A stretch of DNA of 64,000 nt from Methanocaldococcus indicus. Its GTDB lineage: Archaea > AGJL01 > Methanococci > Methanococcales > Methanocaldococcaceae. Both the position numbers and the translations under genes were made by a program. Below the pieces are notes generated by a model. It saw nothing but the letters and a program-made list of their open reading frames with translations, was not told where the DNA came from and did no database searches. The stretch lies in NCBI RefSeq assembly GCF_049554935.1, contig NZ_CP186926.1:32001-96000 (forward strand), read 5' to 3'. Shown in pieces: positions 58,544 to 64,000 of this stretch (position 1 is the first letter of the stretch; each line of letters opens with the position of its first letter).

Positions 58544-59707
58544 TTCTAAAACTTTCTTTTTTTCTTTTTCAGCAACACTTAAACATAATAGACACATAAC
58601 ACAGAATCCTTTTAATGGCAATTTTTCTGACCTTGTTAATCTTAGTGTTTTCATAGGACAAACTTTGACACATTCACCACATTTTTGACATAGATATGGA
58701 GAGTATTCAATTCTATTATACTCTTTTCCATTATGCTCTATCTTACCTAATTTTAGAGCTCCATTTGGACATGCAACTGTACAAGCTCCACAAACTATAC
58801 ACATTCTAACTTCTTTTTTATCTTCATCTACTACTATTGCATCAGTTGGACAAACAGATGCACATTTTTTTAATATCTCAAAGTCTTCCTCTACAATAAC
58901 CAATCCTTCATCAGTTATTGGATGTGGTGAGCTATATTTAACATCTAACTCTAATGCATCAACTGGACATGTTTTTACACACAACTTACATGCTGGACAT
59001 GCCTTTGGAACTTTAACAATCATGTTTTCATAATCTACTTTAATCATGTTTCCAGGACAAACTTCAACACATTCTAAACAGAATATACATTTTTCTTCAT
59101 CAACAACAAATTTTTTGATTTCCTTTCTTCTTTTCTTAGGTATTTTTCCAGCTACATATATAGCATTCCAAGGACAGGTTTGAGCACAAATTGAACAGTA
59201 AATACACTTACTTTTATCAATAACTGCCTTATTATTCTCTATTGTTATAGCATTAACTGGACATTCTGGGACACAAATCTCACAACCAACACAGCTCTCA
59301 GTTACAACTATTGGCTCTTTTGGTATTTCAATTTTTTTGAGTGGTTTATCTATAACTCCTGGGAGTGAGATTATTTCAATTGGACATACATCTATACACT
59401 TTAAACATAAAACACAATGTCCTTTTGAGTAAGGGAATGTATCATCAACTTTCTTTATTCCTGTTGGACATACTTCTTGACAAGTACCACATTTTTCACA
59501 TTTATGGGGTAAGTATCCAACTCTTTTTAATTTCTTCCCATCTAACTCAATCTCTTCCTCTACTAATGCTCCTGTAGGACATGACTCAACACACTGGAAA
59601 CACAATGCACATACCTTAAAACTGTCTATGTCTATAGCTCCATTTGGACATTCTGCTTGGCATGCATAACATACCAAACATGCATCTTTCTGGATTGTTA
59701 TTGGCAT
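58535..59707 (-). CDS. vhuB: Polyferredoxin of the F420-non-reducing hydrogenase
   Basis: Many CxxCxxCxxxCP motifs; last gene of the vhu operon. Confidence 0.9.
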   Translation of the reverse strand: MPITIQKDACLVCYACQAECPNGAIDIDSFKVCALCFQCVESCPTGALVEEEIELDGKKLKRVGYLPHKCEKCGTCQEVCPTGIKKVDDTFPYSKGHCVLCLKCIDVCPIEIISLPGVIDKPLKKIEIPKEPIVVTESCVGCEICVPECPVNAITIENNKAVIDKSKCIYCSICAQTCPWNAIYVAGKIPKKRRKEIKKFVVDEEKCIFCLECVEVCPGNMIKVDYENMIVKVPKACPACKLCVKTCPVDALELDVKYSSPHPITDEGLVIVEEDFEILKKCASVCPTDAIVVDEDKKEVRMCIVCGACTVACPNGALKLGKIEHNGKEYNRIEYSPYLCQKCGECVKVCPMKTLRLTRSEKLPLKGFCVMCLLCLSVAEKEKKKVLELK

Positions 59708-59745
59708 CTATTCACCTTTTTAAAGTTTATAAAAAATAGAAAGGT

Positions 59746-59781
59746 GCTCACAACCTCCCACAAAGGGGTTCGGTTGTGAGC
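59746..59781 (-). promoter_or_regulatory. Archaeal SECIS element in the vhuU 3' UTR
   Basis: GCTCACAACC-GAA-CCC-CTTTGT-GGG-A-GGTTGTGAGC. Confidence 0.92.
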
Positions 59782-59933
59782 TATTCACTTTTTATAACTT
59801 TGATTATTTCTCCTTTTTCATTCTTTATTATTATATGGGCAGCACATGAATATCAAGGGTCATAAGCTCTTAAAACCATCTCTATTAAGTTTAACTTATA
59901 CTCTTCAATTTTTATCTCTTTTTCATTACTCAT
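59781..59933 (-). CDS. vhuU: Selenocysteine-containing hydrogenase subunit VhuU (50 aa)
   Basis: [33 protein letters not shown]...; in-frame TGA at 59853-59855; GAGGTGA RBS; absent from the ORF track. Confidence 0.95.
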
Positions 59934-59968
59934 ACTTACTCACCTCTAAATTATCATTTATAATTTTC

Positions 59969-61225
59969 TTATTCATTTAGTATTTTTTCAACAGCTTGAA
60001 TTATTGCTTGTTCCATTGGTGGAACATTGTGTGTTGATGCAACTATCATATTAGCTTTAACAACAATACCATTCTCATCAGTTTCATAGTTGTGGATTAA
60101 AACTCCTCTTGGAGCTTCTACAACACCTACACCGACTCCTGCCTTAGGTTCAACATCTACCTTAATGTTATCTGAAGTAATGTCATTATCCTCTAATAAT
60201 ATTTTAGCTTTCTCACAAGCTTCAACTAATTCAATCATTCTCGCATAGTGATATGCTAATGATTCTTTAACTGGAAATTCAAAAGTTTCAAAGAACTCTT
60301 TTCTATATTCTTCTGCCAACTCTGTCTCCATTTCGTCACAAACATTTAACATAGCTAATGGCCCAACTCTATAAATTCCATCTGGATAGCCAACTTTTTT
60401 ATAGTATGGATATTTAACATAAGAATGTTTAACAACATGCTCTCCTATATAATCTAAATATTCTTCTGGTTTAAATTCTACCTTTTCTTTACCATCAGGA
60501 GATAAAAATCTTAAAGTTCCATCATAGAATGTGTGCTTTCCTTCATTTAATATTCCTAAATACCAAGTGTCTATAACTCCAAGCTCTTTAACTTTGTCCA
60601 TAAATTTATTAGTTATATCTTTTACAACTTCCACACTTTCCTTAGCATATTCAATCATTGTATCTATTTCTTTTAAGAGTTTATCTCTTTCTTCTTCTTT
60701 CATTCTTTTTGATACTCCTCCAGGAACTCCTGTTATTGGATGTATTGCTTTACCTCCTGTTACATCTACTAATCTTTGTCCAAATCTTCTTAATGCTATT
60801 GCCTTTTTAGCTAATTCAGGATTCTCATTTATTAATCCAACAATATTTCTAATCTCTGGAGATGCATCTACTCCTAATATAAAGTCAGGAGCACATAAGA
60901 AGAAAAAATGTAGTGCATGACTGTGAATCATATTACCTAATAACATTAATTCTCTCAATTTTTTTGCAGTATCTGGTATCTCAACTCCCCAAGCATTATC
61001 AACTGCTTTAACACTTGCTAAGTGGTGAGGAGCTTGACAAATTCCACAGATTCTTGGGACAATTCTTGGAACTTCCTCAGCTGGCCTACCAACAACAAAC
61101 TGCTCAAATCCTCTAAGTGCAGTTATGTGTAATCTAACATTTTTAGGTTTTCCATTTTCATCTAATATAATCTCAACTTTACCATGCCCTTCTACTCTGG
61201 ATATGGGCTCAATATGTAAATGCAT
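59969..61225 (-). CDS. vhuA: F420-non-reducing [NiFeSe] hydrogenase large subunit (split; C-terminal motif on VhuU)
   Basis: RVEGHG, RGFE, RICGIC and EAPRG motifs; lacks the C-terminal DPCxxC. Confidence 0.95.
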   Translation of the reverse strand: MHLHIEPISRVEGHGKVEIILDENGKPKNVRLHITALRGFEQFVVGRPAEEVPRIVPRICGICQAPHHLASVKAVDNAWGVEIPDTAKKLRELMLLGNMIHSHALHFFFLCAPDFILGVDASPEIRNIVGLINENPELAKKAIALRRFGQRLVDVTGGKAIHPITGVPGGVSKRMKEEERDKLLKEIDTMIEYAKESVEVVKDITNKFMDKVKELGVIDTWYLGILNEGKHTFYDGTLRFLSPDGKEKVEFKPEEYLDYIGEHVVKHSYVKYPYYKKVGYPDGIYRVGPLAMLNVCDEMETELAEEYRKEFFETFEFPVKESLAYHYARMIELVEACEKAKILLEDNDITSDNIKVDVEPKAGVGVGVVEAPRGVLIHNYETDENGIVVKANMIVASTHNVPPMEQAIIQAVEKILNE

Positions 61226-61240
61226 ATAATCACCTTAAAT

Positions 61241-62101
61241 TTATTTGATTTTTCTGTTTATTAATGCAGCAGGTAATGAAAATCTTTCTATTAATGCTAT
61301 TTTATCTGGAATCTTTAAAGCTTCTTCAATGTTTGCATTTGCAAATGTATTTGCTATCTTTATTATATCAAGAGTTGCATCAGTTTTTCCATAACATCCT
61401 CTACATGGCATTCCAGCTCTTGGACACTTAGCACCACATCCTGCTCTTGTTCCAGCACCTAAACAAGTATAACCTTGTTCAAATAGACATTTCTCTGGGT
61501 CTGGCTTTCCATCAAAACTTCTCTTAAACTTCTCTGGAAATACATTTTCTTTCTTTCTTGGACACTCATCACAAACAGTTTTTTTAGGTAATTCTGGTTT
61601 TTCTCCATTTAATAGAGCTGTTAAAACTTTTGCAATTAATTCAGGGGATGGAGGACATCCTGGAACTTCATAATCTACAACAATAACATCTGATATAGGT
61701 TTTACAACATCTGTTAATTTTGGTATTCCTTCTTCTGGGATTTCCCCTTTATTTTCTGTTGAATCTGTTGAATATACAGTTTTTAATAGTTCTTCTGTAT
61801 CATATAAATTTCCTAATCCTGGAATTCCCCCATAAACTGCACAAGTTCCAAATGCTATAACATATTTAGATTTTTCTCTAATTTCATGGAGTAAATGTTC
61901 GTCATGCTCGTTTCTAACTCCTCCTTCAACTAAAAATACATCTATTCCTTCTGGAATCTCTTTATTATCCATTAATATAGGTGAATATACAATCTCAATG
62001 TTTGGTAGTAAATCTAATAAGTTATCATGTAAATCTAACAATGATATATGACATCCTGAACATCCACATAACTGGATTGTTCCTATTTTTGCTTTACTCA
62101 A
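61241..62101 (-). CDS. vhuG: F420-non-reducing hydrogenase small subunit
   Basis: CSGCH, VEGG, GTCA..GG and PGCPP motifs; TTG start after GGTGA. Confidence 0.94.
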   Translation of the reverse strand: MSKAKIGTIQLCGCSGCHISLLDLHDNLLDLLPNIEIVYSPILMDNKEIPEGIDVFLVEGGVRNEHDEHLLHEIREKSKYVIAFGTCAVYGGIPGLGNLYDTEELLKTVYSTDSTENKGEIPEEGIPKLTDVVKPISDVIVVDYEVPGCPPSPELIAKVLTALLNGEKPELPKKTVCDECPRKKENVFPEKFKRSFDGKPDPEKCLFEQGYTCLGAGTRAGCGAKCPRAGMPCRGCYGKTDATLDIIKIANTFANANIEEALKIPDKIALIERFSLPAALINRKIK

Positions 62102-62172
62102 AATATCACCCTACAAATAGATTTAATAAATTTAAAAAAGTTTATTTTCCCCCTCACCTCAGGGGGTGGTTA

Positions 62173-62207
62173 CCCTTCTGGTCCCTTTATCAGGGTTCCC
62201 AGAAGGG
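62173..62207 (-). promoter_or_regulatory. Archaeal SECIS element in the vhuD 3' UTR
   Basis: CCCTTCTGG-GAA-CCC-TGATAAA-GGG-A-CCAGAAGGG. Confidence 0.92.
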
Positions 62208-62224
62208 CTCATCCCTTATCTTAT

Positions 62225-62623
62225 TTATTTGAGAGGGTTAGGTCCCAATTTTTTAATTCTTTCAGTCATTTCTATAGATGCTTTAACGAATTTATCAGCT
62301 TCAGCAGCTGACATAAAGAACATTTCTACTCTTTCTCCACCTAATCCATATTCATCTAATAATGATTTTAGGAACCTAACCCTCTCTTCAGCCTTTAAGT
62401 TACCTGTTTCATAAACACATTCTCCTTTTTTTCAACCAACAACCATTACTCCATCTGCCCCTTTCTGGAAGGCTCTTAATGCATAAGTAATGTCGAACCT
62501 TCCAGTACAGGGGATTCTTATAACTCTAATTGATGGAGGATATTGCATTCTACTTGTCCCAGCTAAATCAGCTGCTCCATATCCTCATTGATAACAACAG
62601 AACGCTATTATTAATGGTTCCAT
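62225..62623 (-). CDS. vhuD: Hydrogenase [2Fe-2S] subunit VhuD with two selenocysteines (132 aa)
   Basis: [22 protein letters not shown]...PCTGR...VVG-U-KKGEC...LGPNPLK; TGA at 62585-62587 and 62432-62434; absent from the ORF track. Confidence 0.95.
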
Positions 62624-62723
62624 ACTCTCACTCTAAGATATTTTTTTATTTAGTTTTATTCTAATGATAAATTATTAGTCATTTAGGTCATCAGGGCATA
62701 ATGCCCCTCATCTAAGATTTATT

Positions 62724-64000
62724 TTAAGATTTAATTTTTAATTTTTCTTTAATTTTTTCAATATCCCCAATTTGATTTACTAATTTGTGGATTTCCACAA
62801 CTGCATCAATTTCTGGGATGATTTGTTCATCTCTATAGTATCTTAACTGCATAGCTCCTGCTGGACAAACTCCTGCACAAGCTCCACAACCTTTACAAGC
62901 AACATCATCTACAACTGCTATTAAATGGCCTTCTTTTTCTCTATATGTTATAGCCTTATATGGACAAACTTTAGCACAAACTTGACATCCACCACAAATC
63001 TCTTCATTAACTGTAGCTCTAATCATCTCAATTTTAAACTTACCTTGAGACATTGGTATTGCAACTGCACTTGCAGCCCCTTTAGCTTGAGCAACTGTAT
63101 CTGGAATATCTTTTGGTCCTTGTGCTACTCCTGCAATTGCAATACCATCTACTTTTGTATTAACTGGAGCTAATTTTGGATGTAGTTCTTTAAAGAATCC
63201 ATCAGGACTTAACTCTAAACCTAACATTTTTGCTAATTTTGGATTATCTGGTCTTGGTGATAATCCAGCTGATAATACAACTAAATCTACTTCTAATTCA
63301 AATACCTCTCCTAATAAAGTATCTTCAACCCTAACAATTAAGTTCTTTGTTTCAGGGTCTTCCATTATACAGGCTGGTCTTCCTCTAATAAATTTGACTC
63401 CAAACTGTTCTTGGGCTCTTTTGTAATACTCTTCATAACCTTTACCAAATGCTCTAATATCCATATAGCAGATATAAACCTCAGCGGATGGGTCATGCTG
63501 TTTAATTAATTGAGCATTTTTTAAAGCAAACATACAGCAGATTCTTGAACAGTATGGTTTTCCAACTTTTAAATCTCTTGAACCAACACATTGGATAAAC
63601 AATACTCTTTTTGGATGTTTTCCATCACTTGGTCTAATTTCATGCCCTCCTGTTGGTCCAGCTGGGTTAATCATTCTTTCTAATTCTAAGGTGGTTATAA
63701 CATTATCATAAACTCCATAACCATATTCTTCTTTCAATGTACAATCAAATTCATTATATCCAACTGCATTAATTATAGTTCCAACTTTTAATTTGATTTC
63801 TTCTGGTTTTTGGTCATATCTTATAGCTCCAGGACCACAAACTTTCTCACACAATCCACATCTTATACAGTGTTCCATATCAATTGTATAAACCAAAGGA
63901 ACAGCTTGTGGGAATGGAACATATATAGCTTTTCTTGTACCTAATCCACAGTCAAATTCATTTGGAACTTCAATTGGACAAACAGCTGCACAAGCTCCAC
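62724..64000 (-). CDS. hdrA: Heterodisulfide reductase subunit A, C-terminal part (5' end outside the window)
   Basis: RKAIYVPFPQAVP, QCVGSRD, YCSRICCM and GPKDIPD motifs plus ferredoxin motifs; frame stays open to the window end. Confidence 0.95.
   Translation of the reverse strand, partial: GACAAVCPIEVPNEFDCGLGTRKAIYVPFPQAVPLVYTIDMEHCIRCGLCEKVCGPGAIRYDQKPEEIKLKVGTIINAVGYNEFDCTLKEEYGYGVYDNVITTLELERMINPAGPTGGHEIRPSDGKHPKRVLFIQCVGSRDLKVGKPYCSRICCMFALKNAQLIKQHDPSAEVYICYMDIRAFGKGYEEYYKRAQEQFGVKFIRGRPACIMEDPETKNLIVRVEDTLLGEVFELEVDLVVLSAGLSPRPDNPKLAKMLGLELSPDGFFKELHPKLAPVNTKVDGIAIAGVAQGPKDIPDTVAQAKGAASAVAIPMSQGKFKIEMIRATVNEEICGGCQVCAKVCPYKAITYREKEGHLIAVVDDVACKGCGACAGVCPAGAMQLRYYRDEQIIPEIDAVVEIHKLVNQIGDIEKIKEKLKIKS

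Noticed and set aside
61981-62414. Two plus-strand ORFs of about 82 aa
   Set aside because: Antisense to vhuG, the SECIS and vhuD, which fully explain the region
62225-62623. vhuD (and vhuU) as pseudogenes because of internal stops
   Set aside because: The stops are all TGA at conserved Cys positions and are followed by SECIS elements

Overview
AT-rich, gene-dense chromosomal segment from a hyperthermophilic methanogen. Gene content (hdr/vhu, cofH, atwA, methanogenesis markers, bacterial-type Hfq) points to Methanococcales, probably Methanocaldococcus. Most of the window is housekeeping: psmA, a six-tRNA operon, lonB, ileS, srp54, gltX, gatB/gatD, ribosomal proteins and hemB. Several elements are missing from the ORF track: two selenoprotein genes (vhuD with two in-frame TGA codons, vhuU with one), their archaeal SECIS hairpins, a box C/D sRNA, a truncated PIN toxin gene, and two dispersed solitary 37-bp CRISPR-like repeats that share a short upstream flank. 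The best candidate for an undescribed system is 27.5-34.9 kb. There a CARF-like/wHTH regulator is divergent from a tightly coupled operon encoding a gamma-glutamylcyclotransferase, an Ntn amidohydrolase fused to a wHTH, a TM2 membrane protein, an 1112-aa RecD-like helicase-nuclease and an archaeal ATPase. All family assignments come from motif recognition by eye; no database searches were run.
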